The position numbers were made by a program, and so were the translations under genes. DNA of 64,000 bases from Priapulus caudatus (lineage: Eukaryota), in assembly GCF_000485595.1 (NCBI RefSeq), contig NW_014577072.1, positions 157,233-221,232 on the forward strand, in the 5' to 3' direction. The notes below the pieces were generated by a model. That model searched no databases. It was not told the DNA's origin and was given only the letters and a program-made list of their open reading frames with translations. Positions within the stretch are counted from its first letter, which is position 1, and each line of letters opens with the position of its first letter. Shown in pieces: positions 1 to 14,800 of this stretch.

Positions 1-124
1 TATATATATATTAGTCAGAAATAGCTAAACGAGCCAGGTCAAACAGAGGTCATGGGGACATAGACCTTATCTGCCAGAATAAGCCACGCCACTGAACCAT
101 GCCGCACCACATTAACGCTGAAGT

Positions 125-350
125 GGTCGTTGTCGTATCAGGTACTACAGATATGTACCAGAGGTACATATATGTATACACAAAGTGTACCAGACTTGTA
201 CTACAGACGTGTACCCTAACCCTAACCCTAACCCTAACCCTAGCCTTAACCCTAACCCTAAACATACCTTATATAAAAATATAAACATAATACTAAACAA
301 CCTAAAACTACCTAGTGTACATATCTGTAGTACCTGATACGACAACGACC
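125..350. mobile_element. MITE with perfect 34-bp terminal inverted repeats enclosing a (CCCTAA)n tract
   Basis: 125-158 (GGTCGTTGTCGTATCAGGTACTACAGATATGTAC) is the exact reverse complement of 317-350. Eight CCCTAA-type hexamers lie at 214-261. No clear target-site duplication (TSD). Confidence 0.8.
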
Positions 351-1039
351 CCATCTGCCACATTAACCCACCATAATACTCACCTAACCCCCTCCACCCC
401 ACGCTACATCACATCACGCGCCACGCACCACCCTAACACATAAGACCCCAGCCTGCCCCACTTCACAGCACACCACACACGTGGACATGCAGGCACACGT
501 ACACGCACACGTATTCACAGAGAGCAGTGGTAGATGAATTTTACATGTACATAAATTTAATGAATCGCCATCTGTTGTTTACCCACAAAAATTACTGACT
601 TTTCGTGTAAAAAAACACAACCCCGTGATTAAGGAATAACGAAAGTGAGTTCAGGTTAGTGTTTCATATCATGCTATTTTTTAAAATTTCTGCTAATGTG
701 GAGAATATCGAATAACTTCGAAACCTAACATCATTCATTACAATTGCGCTGAACTCTACGATATGCGATAAAGCAAATTTGTACTTATCTGTCGTTGATT
801 AGCTCAGCAACGCCGCTCAGGGAACTGTTCAGCAACGGACAGTCTCTGCATCCCTCCACATCCTTGAAAAATTGAAAAATTTATAGTGGAATATTTAATT
901 AATTAATCATAAACAATTATGGGTATTCTTAAGCAATAAGCAACTATTATGATTTTTATGATTTTATATCCTTTAGTGAATCTGTTATTCATTGTAATAT
1001 GAGAGCCTACTTCTGCCAATGGCCCTAAGATAACGCGAG

Positions 1040-1145
1040 AGTGCGAGACTGAGAATACGTGCGAGAGAAAGAGAAGATAACAAGAAAGGGAGAAGAGAGA
1101 AAGAGAGCGAGCTGAAGACAGCGTGTGCGCGCGCTGGAAGCACGC

Positions 1146-1232
<87 letters not shown>

Positions 1233-1640
1233 GAGAGAGAGGAGAGAGAGGGTCAACAGAGAACTAGATGCGAGAAAATTGGAGAGAAAATTTAAGAGCG
1301 AGATCGCGAGAGAGAAAAATGAGAGAGCAGGAAGAGAGCGATGAAGAAAAACGTGGTGGCCGCGGGTGTGTGAATGTTTGGGGGGAGGGAGAGGGAAATC
1401 GAGAAAGAGAAAATGGGATAAGAGCGCGGCGAGAGAAGAGAAGAGACATATAAAAGGAGAGAGAAGAGAGAGAGGATTGAGATAAAGAGAAGAGAGCGCG
1501 GGCGCCGAAAGAGACGAAAGAGCAAGGAGACAAAAAGAGAGACGAGATGGAGAGAGAGAGTGGCGAAAGAAAAGGGGAGAAGAGAGAGAGAAGGAGAGTG
1601 CGAAAGAAAAGAGATGAGATTACAAGAACGGGCGTGAGAG
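1040..1640. repeat. (GA)n microsatellite with degenerate purine-rich flanks
   Basis: Near-pure GA at ~1150-1250, degenerate on both sides. Confidence 0.9.
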
Positions 1641-2384
1641 TTTATATGTATTTTTGTATTATATATTATATGATTATTATATACTAGCTGGACCATGTGT
1701 GAGAAAGCGAGAGAGGTATCTGTGGGCTAGGTGGAATGTCAAACACTTTCGAAAGATACAACCAAGGTTCATCAAGTAATGAATAATGACGCGCCCGCCA
1801 TGCATCAGATCGTAAGCCCCGCGGCTCATCGTCGGTAATTGGAGCTAGCTAGCTGTCCTCTTGATTTACTACAGGAATGTCGGATACACTGTGTTTACAC
1901 CAAAAAAAACCAGTTCATTCCCTTAATTCATCGTTGATGACACCGAACACTTGTAAAACTCAAGCGCACTTCGTTTCTGGAAAAAAACGGCATCAAGAGT
2001 TTGCGCCCTCGACCCGACGCGAATCTACCCGACGTTCACCCGGCCCCCGGCCGTTCGACTCACGGCCAGCGAAGAGTGAGAGAGCGATTGATGGCTGCGC
2101 GACCTCCCTATACGCCGTGCCACGTGGATATGCACGTGACCCATCCACCCCTGAAACGGAGGAGAGAAGCGCATAGATTTCAGTTCCGGTTCCCGCGTTG
2201 CAAGAGAGAGTTTATTATACTACACTCAGTACTAAGTAGATCACATGCCTTTTCGTTTTACGCCGCGTTTGTTTACCCACGTCGGTGAGTGCACAGATGC
2301 TCTACTGACCTGCGCTCGCAGACTCGTGTCTAACCCCCGACTGCCGGTATGTCTGGTAGGCCGGTGAAGATAAATGCGGCGAGC

Positions 2385-2496
2385 GTGCGCCGTGTGTGCG
2401 TGTGTAGCGCGTGGCGTGTGCGTGCGTGCCGTGCGTGTTGTGTGTGCTGTGGTGTGTGCGTGTGTGTAGGCGCGCCCGCCACCAGCGGGTCGTGTG

Positions 2497-2532
<36 letters not shown>

Positions 2533-2637
2533 CTGCGTGCTCGTGCGTGCGTGCGTGCGTGTGTGTGGTCTGGGGTGTGATGGTCTGTGTGTGTGTGGTC
2601 CTGTGTGTGTGTCTCTGTGTGATGTGTCTCTGTGTGT

Positions 2638-2719
<82 letters not shown>

Positions 2720-2982
2720 TGTGTTATGTGTGTAGTGTTGTGTGTGTGTGTGTGTGTCGTGTGTGCTGGCCGTGTGTGCGTGTGTGTGGCGTGCGTCGCG
2801 TTGCGTGCGTGCGTGTGTCTTTGTGTGCGGTGTGTGTGGTGTGGCAGCGCCAGCGCGCGCGCGTGTGTGTGTGTGTGGGTGTGTGTTGGGTGTGTGGTGT
2901 GTGTGTGTGTGGTGGTTGTGTGTGTGCGTGTGTGTAGTGTGTGAGTTAATACGAAGTGATGAGTGTTCATAGGTGTGTGAGT

Positions 2983-3038
<56 letters not shown>

Positions 3039-3229
3039 GTGTGGTGTCTGTGCGTGTGTCTGCGTGTGTGTTGTCGGTGTGTGTGGTGTGTGTTCGATGT
3101 GTGTGTGTGTTTGTTGTGTGTGTGTCCGGTGTTGTGTGTGTGTGTGTGGTGTCGTGTTGTGTATGTGTGGTCGTGTAGTGTGGTTATGTGTGTGTGTGTG
3201 TGTGTGCTGGTGTGTGTGTACGTGTGCCT

Positions 3230-3261
<32 letters not shown>
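2385..3261. repeat. Long degenerate (GT)n/(GCGT)n microsatellite
   Basis: Visible directly. Source of the CV/TH-repeat ORFs. Confidence 0.95.
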
Positions 3262-3262
<1 letters not shown>

Positions 3263-6200
3263 ATGTATATCCACAGACGCGATGAGACCGGTAAATCTCA
3301 ACAATTTATCGACACCGTCGCACGAGTGCTTTCGAAACGAGTAGCATTCGTTTCCAGAGATGTGACTGTATGACTCAGAGACTATCTAACTAGAGATCTA
3401 TACAATTTAAAATTCATAGTCATGTTTGTGAAAAGAAGGGGAATTTTCTGTCGTCATGCCTCGTAATTTACTATGTCGTATCATAAAATAATCACGTTTT
3501 CAGAATAAAATTTTCTTTTGTAATACTACTGTGCTCCACGAACAATCTCTACGTGGAGGTATTACCACGGTGAAAGTTCTTTATTGTAATCGTTTACGAA
3601 TATTATTAGTTTTAATTCCTGAATATCCGGAGTCTGTAAGTTCCGTATAATCCTAGATGTGTGTAAAGTATTATTCACACAGGAGGAATAACAATATAGG
3701 TGCTCGACTGTAAGCAGTTCAGTGTACAGTTTCATCTATTGAAAAACAGTTAACTATCAATAAATATTACAATTTCATACATACGTATAATTCTCACATT
3801 CCCTACATTGTATAAATGAATTTGTGGCACACGGCGAATATTGCGTGCATGGTAGGTTAATCAGAAACGGGGCGGAATTATCTCACGCTTACTAATTACT
3901 AATTAGCACGTGTTGGAGGTGTGCGAGACAGCTTGCCCCTCAACCAATCAACGCTATCTGAAATTACAAAAGAAATGTAACGAGTAGGGTACTCGCTCTC
4001 CTCTGCGTTTCTCGCTAGGGGAGATCTTCGTTGTTATTTGCTTACGCTCTTTTTTAAGATTTAAACGTTAAACTTTCCGACTACTTTCACAGTGCAAAGA
4101 AAGATTTCGTGGATTAACGCTTCTCGTTTCGTGCGTGATTGAACCTAAGCGCTCAATTTTATGTAATAATTTTGGTAGCACTGTTCCATTGTTTCAGTCA
4201 TTTAAGTAAATATAGAAACATTACGTGCCTTAGCTGGTGTTATTTCTCACGCCGGGCGATTACTTTATTTGGTAGCCTGTTCTGATTTCAGTTTATAACT
4301 CTACAAATAAATTATTGTTCTCTGCTATTTTTGATTTTTTTTTCAAATCTCAAAGCTTTAAATTTCTTTAAATTTCCTCAGCAGCGTCTAATTTTCCGTA
4401 GAAGTAAAAGCGCTGGCGCCGAATTTGGTTTCCATATTACCCGTGCAGCATTCTTAGGTTCATGTGACTGTAGCTCCTCAATTATTGCCCTCCTCTACTC
4501 CCATGTCTTTGTCCAACTTCTCGCCTTTCTTCCGTGATTCTGTCGCTTCATCCCCACCCCATCTTTCTCTCTTGCCCCACATACACCTCAATTTACCACA
4601 TTTCTCTCTCTCTCTCTCTCTCTCTCTCATCGTCTTTCCCTCCTTCGCTCGTGCTCCTGCTCTGCGGCGTTATAAACCAAGGTTTACTGCTAGCTATCGG
4701 ATGGTTTTACCTTCGAGAATTGCGAAGTAAATGCGAATTAATAGGAACAGTGTGATATATGTACTACAAGAAGCGAAATCTTAAAGATAAATCTGCAACA
4801 TGCACGCAGATAGTTGTCGTTAATCTAATCAGCCATGTGTGTAGGCAAGAATATCACAAACAAAATATGTAGTCCAATCCAAAGTCATCGCAGATATTTG
4901 TTTAATTAGATATATTAAAACGAATGACAATTAGGCATGGAAACCATACTACGATTGGCCACAGTCAAAATACGAATGAACGGTATACGAATCTTGCAGC
5001 TTGCGCGCATGCTGCCCTCGGGACGTGAAGCTCCAAATGCTGATGGCTTCCCCTCGTATTTGTCATATGATGCCAGCAGAACAGGCTGGATATTGCTATT
5101 GATATGATAGCTGCCGTGTAAGCCGGCTCGATAGCCAGACCCACCGCAAGGGTGAATGTAACGCGACGAAATATCATAACTAGTGGCTGACACTGTAATC
5201 AAACGCACACGAACGCCACAGTCCATGCACGCGCGCACGCACATCTCGCCCTCACCAACGCACAGACACACACACACACACACACACACCACACCATCCA
5301 CCACACACTACACACACATTTACTTTATGGCATCGAAGGATATATTTCCTTTGAATTGTCAATTATCCCATTTTATTTTTTGTGGTCACATTGGTTATTT
5401 TAACCAAACAATTTTTTTTTCAATTTTTTATCTTCAAAGTTTGTGGGCATCTAATGATCTAAACATTTCGAAACCAGTATATTTAAAGGTAGATATTAGA
5501 TATGAAATACGTAATACATTATCGTTGTGATATATATATATAGTGAACATTCTAAGAAATAGCGAGATACTGCTAAAATGTCATGCGCTATGTCCGCAAC
5601 GAACAAACAAATGAAATGTTTTGAATATTTTTTATTTTTTTTTTTAAACTAATCCGTTAGACATCGGTATTCGTTTTTGTCCACAATATGATAACATAAT
5701 ATATGCGAGAATAGCGCCAAGAAAAACAGCTGAAGTATCCAAGGAGCGTTTCGCAGCCGTATTATAGTCTATTTAGGTGCGGTCTGCGTGAGTGTACCGT
5801 GACTAGAACTACAATGGGATTACATAACTTCGCTCTTTTTGTTCTTATGTTGTTATCCTATTTATTCTTGTTTCTTATGGTGTTTTTTCACATCAATAAT
5901 TTTATTTGTTTGTCATTCTTTTTTTCGTTGTTTTGTTTTATATCTTTTTGTTAATCTTTGATGTTGTATTTTATTGTTTTGCATTTTTGGTATTTTCGGA
6001 TTTTTTTCCTTTGTTTTCTTTTGAGTGCCTCTTTTATATACCTACGCTATTGATAAGAATCTCATAGGGAGCATTGACGAACGAGTAAAGGTGCGTCCAT
6101 GCAATAACATTTCTATAAATATTTCCCGTATTTGACTATAAAACGATTAGTGAAATGGGGGCAAATACTCGAGGTTTAATCACAACACATATTTTAATTA

Positions 6201-6803
6201 AAGCTAGGTTTAAACTATCCTATATTAAATATTCGCGACTCAATATAATTTCTATGAATAATATCTAAAAATGTGCTGCAACCCTCAACGATTGTTTGTT
6301 GTTTGCCCATAACGCCAGTGGCGCCACTATGTGCTTATATTATGCACTACTAAATTGTGCTACCCAACTTTCCAGCCGCAAACTAGACGCCGAGGGCGCT
6401 TCTTACATAATAATTTAAGCGAAGTAGGATTGCAATATCTATCATGCATGCCTATTTCCCATCAGGAATAACGAGCGCACCATCGCAGCTTATGGGGTCA
6501 GCCCGCAACAACACAATGCACGACTATTCATCGTGTTGTATTCCCTACAGTTCAACTATTACACCCGTCGCACACCAACACAGCTAACCACAGGTCGTCA
6601 TGTCGATTTCCTGAACATTCTCTCGGATTGGCTCTTGACCGAGCCGAATGATCACTGTCGATCACGGATTCACCAACGACGTTAACAAAACACACACACA
6701 CACACACAGTTATCACGTGTACGCAATTGATGTTGGCCACGAATACGCAACCTTCTCATCAGCGTGTGCCAGACTACCAGCGTTGTGTGCCTATATGCAT
6801 CGT

Positions 6804-6809
6804 TTTATT
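6804..6809 (-). terminator. Candidate polyadenylation signal of the lectin gene
   Basis: AATAAA on the minus strand about 70 nt downstream of the stop codon. Supported by position only. Confidence 0.4.
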
Positions 6810-6877
6810 ACTCATACTGCGCTACATTAATTAGCTACGGGTGCAGGGTGATCGTACGTTAGAACTATATGGAAATT

Positions 6878-7011
6878 TTAGAATATACGTCTATAGACGA
6901 GGGAACCGTCTAGTCCCCACACAGCGTTCGATACTGAATTGACGCTGACTAGACTTAGGGATCCGTGAACAGACTCCCACGCTGTGCCCACTGGGTTGGA
7001 AACAGTTATAC
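6878..7011 (-). CDS. Lectin exon 6: tectonin blade 6 and stop
   Basis: Strong acceptor tttctcctacag|, peptide ITVSNPVGTAWESVHGSLSLVSVNSVSNAVWGLDGSLVYRRIF, TAA at 6880..6878. Confidence 0.88.
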
Positions 7012-10000
7012 CTGTAGGAGAAATAGTATGCAATTATTGTTCAATTGTGGAGACAACATTTAGTTTTGTGATCCTCGAAAATCCGCGACGCTTTATATTG
7101 CCCTCATTATCAAGCAATAATATTATTGTTATATATAAAACCAGGAATAAATAACATTAGGTGAATATGACCGTGACATGCTAAAAGATAACAAGGAGAG
7201 ACAACCGTAGTCTACCTATAATTTATTGTAGGCTGATGAATAAGCTTGAACCCGGAAGTCACCCTTTCCGCGAATAATCACAATCCAGAGAGATATATCT
7301 ATATCTAGAGAAACTAATATATACACGGTTTGCATGTTGATTTTGCACGGATGCTCGTTTGCACAAACCGTTGCCCTGCTCAATAATAACCAAATGGCAG
7401 TGACACCTCCCGGCTACGATATTTTTACTAACACTCCAAGTGATTTTACTGTCTTTAGATTTTACCATATTTCAATACAACTATAGTCCTAAGCAACATA
7501 TTACGTTAAAATGGGTGGAAATACCGGTGCGTTTGAAGATACTGTTGTTTTCATCCACGCCCCACACAACACGATCGCCGGAGGAAACCTGCTTCAGAGA
7601 GCCGTCCACCTGTTCCCAGCCAGTCCCTGCGCCGAAGTTGCCATCATTGTAATCAAATAGAAATGATATGAGGCAGCTAATTAACTAATAATTCCCCCCC
7701 AATAGAACATAAAATGAACTGTTGCGCAAACTGATGCGTCCGTAAGAGTTTTAGGATATAGAGCACGTATACCTTCACCTCCGACTCCGCTTCCTGTGCC
7801 GATCCTAAAGAATATTTCGTTTGTGGTGCTGACTACCCAGACCCCTGCCTGGCCAACGGACACCCACTTCGTCCAACCCTTCATGAAGATCCATGACGAT
7901 CCGCGGGAGTAGTACGCCGATGGACCAATATGGTTGTACGTTTCGTTTGAGTTTCTGATGCACCACTTATCGTTATTAACTTGGTTAGCGCTAACGAGAC
8001 TGGCTTCACCAGTCACTTGCACCCACTTCAATCCTGTTGGGTTATCGTCATTTATGCCTACAAGATTATGACATAAACATTTTCAGTTATGACGATTAAA
8101 GAAATTATCGTTGCATACGCAGCAGAAATGTTTCTCTGGAGGAGACACTTTCCGCGTTCAAAATAAGAAATACAATGAAAATTACATGCATACGTAAAGC
8201 ATAATTAGAAACTATCCTAATCTCAAAATAAAATTGCCAAAACACGTACCACGCCGATACCACAGAGTATCATTGTCATAGGCGATGGCCCACACGATAT
8301 TGTTCGCAGAGCTTACTTGTCTACAAGAACCATCAACTTTTTTCCACCTTCTTCCTTTAACGCTTCGATTGTTCTGTATATAACACAAAAATTATACCAT
8401 GAAAATTGCGAATGAATTTGTTTTCCAAGAGGGCACTCGGCAGCAGTTGCTATTACTTATATACATTGCATATCGTCAGTGTGAAATAATACTGTTTTAT
8501 GTTTCTTTATAAATAGACCAGAGTTTGTTGGTTGACGAATAGAGATATATGTAAATCATTCGTACCTGAAATTATTAAAATCTGAAAAGTAAGTACATCT
8601 GTGTTCTCCACTTCTGTCTGTAATTATGCATTCACCCAATATAACAATTATAACGATTAATTAATTTATAATAACGATCAGCACCTGTTATTACCCGCCG
8701 GCAGCTGATGGTACTACTACACATATGTACTATAATTACCTTCATAATCATCTACTTGTGATGATCACCAACCAATCTTTCCAGTATATTACGCTTAGAT
8801 TATTCGGTTTATATTTTTTAGGTTATTATACGTCTTTCAATTTGAGATTTTTTGACTTTCAGAGTTAGATTATTATTCTTATTCTTCTTCTTCTTATTAT
8901 TACTACTACTACTATTAGATGGGTACTACTTTCTATACACAGTAGATCCCGTCTGTACGATTACTGATGCTGCGAAAACGATTGCGATAGAATAATATAT
9001 ATATATATACCCTAACCATATTAAATGCATATTCATCACAAAATATAACTCCTCTGGTGAGATATTGCGCATGCGCTAACACACTAACGTAGCCAGATTG
9101 TGTACTGGCTGGTATATGCAGCGGGGACCGTACATGCAAGGTCTTCCTCTCATTTCTTAAGTGAAGTCTCCTGATGGAATGTTATCATATTAATCTATGC
9201 TTGTAACTCCTCTTCATTTTAAATGCATAATATTTGCAAAATGTCATTCTTCTCGCGAGATATTGCGCATGCGCGACCACCGTTTCAGGCGTGCAATACG
9301 GACTGAAGACAACTTCATAATATAGCTTGCTGAGGAAGAAAGGGAATGGGAGACTGAGGAAAGGCGGCAGGAAAGATAGCTGGCGGCGGTAGAAGAAGAA
9401 GGAGGCTGAGCGAGGGAGAGCGGAGGCAAGGGAAAGGACGCGAGGGCATAAAGTAGGTGTTTTGTTCCCTACAGGCTAGGGCGCTCTCCGAATTATAAAC
9501 ACAGGTCTACTGATAAAAATTTATTTGAGAAATCTATGCTTAGATACCCCCTATAACCATATTAAATGCATATTCATCGCAAAATATAACTGCTCTGGTG
9601 AGATATTGCGCATGCGCTAACACACTAACGTAGCCAGATTGTGTACTGGCTGGTCTACGCAGCGGGGACTTTACATGCAAGGTCTTCCTCCTATTTCTTA
9701 AGTAATGTCTACTGATGAAATATTATCATATAAATCTCTGCTAAGATGACTCCTCTTCATTTTAAATGCATAATCTTTGCAAAATATTATTCTTCTCGCG
9801 AGATATTGAGCATGCGCGACCACCGTTTCAGCTGTGGAATACCGACTGAAGACAACTTCATAATATAGCTTGCTGAGGAAGAAAGGGCATGGGAGACTGA
9901 GGAAAGGCGGCAGGGAAGATAGCTGGCGGCGGTAGAAGAAGAAGACGGGCTGAGTGAGGGACAGGGGAGGCAAGGGGAAGGACGCGAGGGCATAAAGTAG

Positions 10001-11776
10001 GTGTTTTGTTCCCTGCAGGCTAGGGCGCTCTCCGAATTATAAACACAGGTCTACGGATAACAATTTATTAGAGAAATCTATGCTTAGATACCCCTAACCA
10101 TATTAAATGCATATTCATCGCAAAATATAACTGCTCTGGTGAGATATTGCGCATGCGCTAACACACTAACGTAGCCAGATTGTGTACTGCCTGGTATACG
10201 CAGCGGGCACCTTACATGTGTGACGGCGCGGGTGAATCGAGAGTCGGGGAAATAGCGATTCGGGAAGTAGAATTCGGGGATAGCGTTCGGGAGGTATAGT
10301 ACCGAACACCGAACACCGAAATCACCGAACACCGAAATAACACGCTGGTAAACAGGAACAGCCAATCACGGGGCTCGGCCAGTGAGCGATCGATCGTGAT
10401 CAACGGTGTTAGGTAACGCGCGTGCGCGGACAGAGCGTAACTGTTAGGCGCGCGCGGTGATAGGCCACGAGAGCTGACTCATGGCAGGCACCCGCCGAGG
10501 GTATAAAAGGACACCGCGCGCCTGACGATAAGCAGTTGACGATAGCAGTTGAGTTAAAAGTTAATAGTTAAGTTAAGGAGTCGAGCTGACGATAAGCAGT
10601 TGAGAGGAGAGTTGAGAAGAGAGTTAAGAGTTGACAGTTGAGGAGTAGAGGGTTTGTGTAGGGAGTTATTCAGGAACCTACTGATGTGTATTTCAGAGTT
10701 TAGCGAGTTACTCGTAACGTTGAGCGAGTAAACTATTGTCGGGAGATATATCCTGGAAAATATAACACCAGCGCCGAAACGAGTGAGTACGACTCAGAAA
10801 GCTCTTGAAAGACTGGGCTCCGTTTCGATTACCGAGTGCGTCAGTATGTATGCTAAGCCCCAATTCTTCGTGTGTTGAATAAACATTATTCAGCTCTTAA
10901 GTACATCTTTTGCTCTGCGCCTCATTCCTCCGCACGGTCTAACAGCGTCCAATCTTACCGCCGAGCGAAGGGTACGCCTGTAACCGTAGCCTCCCTCACA
11001 GCCCATCTCATCAGTCTTACACAACGCACGCGCGGAGAAAATCTTCCGCGGAAAGGGTACTACAACGCAGCGAATTACCACCGACGCAGCAAGCACTACC
11101 GCAGCGGATCGTTTTAGAGCGGCGATTCTACTGCGAGCTGCGAGCACCTTTCGGGGAGCAAACATCTGACACCGAAAAGTTCGGGGACGAAACATCGACG
11201 CCGAAAAAGTTGGGCGAGCGAAAACCTGCGGGCGCAGGCTCGCAGAGCAAGGCCGAAGCCGTTACAGAATTGTGCCGGTGAACGCAGGATGACCACGTAG
11301 CCATAGTGAGTTCGTCGACACAAGACGGGGGAATCATGAAGAAGAGTGAGCAACGAAGACACAATAGAGCGCTGGACAAACGACGAAGCGACGAACGCAG
11401 CAGAAACGAGCGCCCGATCACAGTGGTGGTTCCAGGAAAGACTCGAGAAGGTCGGGATTCGCCAACGCCGGCTACCGGCGCGCGGACTAGTGAGGCGACG
11501 GATGCCACCTACGATTCTCACCTGCCGACACTATCACCAGGGAAGATTTCAGACCGAAGTCAGCTGGCGGTGAGGCGCCGCGAAGAGTGCGCGGCCGACC
11601 CACGGTGACGTTTCGCACCCGGAGACGCCGAAAGGCAGGGGCGCGACTGAGCGCAGCGGAAAGAGGACCTGGACGGGTAGGGCACGAGGCTCGCTAACCA
11701 CCCTCCACTGCTATCTCGGGCGAGGCCGAACAGGCAGGCGCACAAACGAGGAAGGCCGGCAGGCGGGGAATGCGCA

Positions 11777-11829
<53 letters not shown>

Positions 11830-14800
11830 CGCTACCACGAGCTACCGCGACGCAAAGGGAGAGAAACGTCGAGAAACGTCGGGCCGAAGAAATCGGGCGC
11901 CGAACTTCGCCAGGAGGTTCGGCAGCCAGAGATGAGAGTTCGGCCGAAGCAAATTCGGGCGCGCCAACTTGGCCACGGAGGTTCGGAGAGAGAGAGCTTC
12001 GGCGAAGGAATTCGGGGCGCCGAAATTTTCTTCGCCGCCGAGAAAGTCGGCATGCGGGTGCCGACGCATAGGGGAGGCAGCAAGAGCGGAGGATCGGCAA
12101 GATGGGACGTCGCTACACTCGATCCTGCGCGCGTCAGCACGGAGACACCAGGCCTGCCGCCTGGACGAACCCTATCCACATACCCCCGCAGGGAACGGCC
12201 AAAGATGGAGCGAGCAGGATGAAGGTGCGGCCCTTTCACCGGTCGCTGACGTCACGCTCACAAAACCTTTCTGCAGAAGTTCGAAAAGCGGCGAACCTTC
12301 AAACGAATGGGAGAGGAGGCGCGGCGGCGCAGTTGGCCTGCTGCATGTGAGGGAGCAGCGGCAAGCTACTGCTCACCTGCCGGGACTACGCTAGATAAGG
12401 GGAGTCTGCGGGCAGCGGCTCGCGGCGGGGGGCGCTTGAAATCCTTCGCCGAGAAGCTCAACATCAGGAGCGTTGAGACGCAGACGGAGGAGCGCACACT
12501 GAGACTGGGAACCGCTATAGCCCAAGACCTCAAGCGACTACACGAGGTTAGCCGCTGCCGGGGGGCCCGAGGAAGATTGATCGTAATGGGGAGGCGCAGG
12601 CATAATACGACACGCGCAACACGCCATTCCGCCGTACGTTCAGGGACATTCGGGCGCAGACTGTTGAGTCAGCCGCGCTGTTTGCCGCTGAGTACGAGGC
12701 GTTGCAAGAAGAGAGGAACCCCCGAAAAACCGTACATCGCGCCGTTGTGATGCCTGAGATGTGGAGCCTCCGGGAGAAGAGAGGTCGGCGAGAGAAGAGG
12801 GCGACGAGAAGATAGCAGTCGTGGAGGCTGATGAAGAGATCGGCCCAGGTAGCCGGTGGACGTCGATGGAGTGAGAGAACTCCAACTGCTCGCCGAAGGT
12901 GATGAGGAGGCGTTATGAAAGGGAACGTGCCGTCGCTGGACGAGCGCCGAAGTCGAGAAAAAGAGAGAACGGCTACGACGGACGAGGAACGATGGGCACG
13001 GGCGGGCAATGAACCCGACCGATGCCCCTGATCGCATGCTATCTTCGCTGTGGACGAGCCGCGGTCATGTGCTGACGGGAGTGTCAATCGAATCCACAAT
13101 CACGCCGGAGCCGGACCAAGTCGAACAGCCTAACTGGCTCGCGTGGTCGCGCGGCTGCGCCGGGAAGGAGAAGAGAACTTGCCGCCGACGGCTGCCGGGC
13201 GAAGGAGCCGCCGCCACCAGCGAGGTCGAATCGCGAGGAGGCCGACGGAAAAAACTAGGCGAGGCGGCTCGGAGACAGCCGACACTTCCGGCCGGAAGGC
13301 AGCTAGAAGGCGACAAAGAGAGAAGGAGGCGAGGTCGTGTTGACCAGCGTACAACCACGGAACGTCAATGGCATTTGACTGTCGAGGTGTGGCGGCCCAC
13401 CCCTGTGGAATTCATGGTCGAGCAACCAGGAGGCCGACCACATTATGGATTGGGAGGTAATTCGAGGAGCTACGCCCGAGGAAAGCCAGACACCTGGAGA
13501 GAGCGTCGAAAAGCTATGTACGACGTAGCAAGACATATCACCGTTGCCGGGTTGGCCGGGGAAATCGCGGCCCGACGCTGATCATGGGGTATTTCCCACC
13601 GCCCACATGATTTTCGCTTGGAAGTGGACGTCGGCGAAGGAAGTATCGGGATCCCGGCATGGACATACTCGGCAGTCAGGAATTGTCAAGTCGATGTCGG
13701 CCGAGGATCCTGATTCAATCGAAGACGTATTGCACCTGCTGCCACGGAGAGGAGAATTGAGCCGCGTAGTCTTGTGGCTACCCGACGGGTAACCGTACCC
13801 GGGCGACACCGAACCACGCAACTAGAAGGGCGACCTTCGGGGACCCGCGTGGCAATGAGGCGCAGGTGGTCACTTCGCGCGGAGGCCGCAGGAAGCGAAT
13901 GTAAACCGAGGACGGACGAGGAGCGGAGGTACGGCCGCCATCCGGCCGAAGCCTGTGTGAATCGACTCGCCGGCGTCGTGCCTTGACATGTCAAGACACC
14001 GGCAAGAGGCACTGTGATCCGAGAGGGAGGATCGTCGTCGACTGAAGGAGGTGCAACGCCGTGAACCCGCGCACGGGAGGAACCCGGCCATAAGGGGCGG
14101 ATATAAATACCTGCAGGAAGACGCGAAAGGTGGAGATGGACGAGACCGCCGCCATAAGGGAGCGGGATATAAGAACCCAGAGGAAGACCGAAAGAAGAGA
14201 TGGAAGAAGCCGCCATAAGGGGGCGGATATAAATACAGGAAGATCGAAGGAAGAGCCGAAAGACCGCCGGATGGGGGCGCGGGAGAGAAGTTCCAAAAGA
14301 GAACGAAATGTCAAACTAGCGAAGAGCAGCCAGCGAGATGAGGCACCGCGGCAGTACATCTAGCAAGAGTTGGCAGCCGCTGCTCAGCTGAGGAGCTTGA
14401 TGGGACACAGAGAAAGAAGATCGTTGAGCTACTCGAGCTCACCAAACCGGTCTGTTGCCCGCACCGACAGGAATCGCTGGGGCCGTACTTCCGCATATAG
14501 TTCGAGCACATGATCGATACGGGCGATCAGCCGACTACTCAAACAGCACCGAGAGATGCCCAATTGGGCGAGACAACACATAATGGACGAAAAATCGACA
14601 CGATGCTGAGGAGGTGTCAACGAACCCAGTAGTAGTCCCTCTTCGCCTGCTCACTGTCGTGCTCGTGACGAGAGAGGATGGGACACCAACGCGCTTTGCG
14701 TCCGACTACCGTTCGTCTCAACGACGCCAACGCAATAGAGATGGCCTATCCGCTTCCTGCGAATCAATGACAAGCCCTAGACGCATTGTCGGAGCAAAGG

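Noticed and set aside
214..261. True chromosome end
   Set aside because: Only eight hexamers, two of them variant, located internally between TIRs.
2302..3373. Long ORFs rich in TH/CV dipeptides (also at 903-1696, 17682-18223, 33264-33911, 55264-56043)
   Set aside because: They are translations of (CA)n, (GA)n and related microsatellites, which lack stop codons.
8740..8795. Extra lectin exon (AG...GTAATT on the minus strand)
   Set aside because: Stops occur in all three frames, and exons 2 and 3 already join in phase without it.
11560..12239. Poly-Pro / poly-Gly ORFs
   Set aside because: Produced by the 53-nt G homopolymer inside the retrotransposon.
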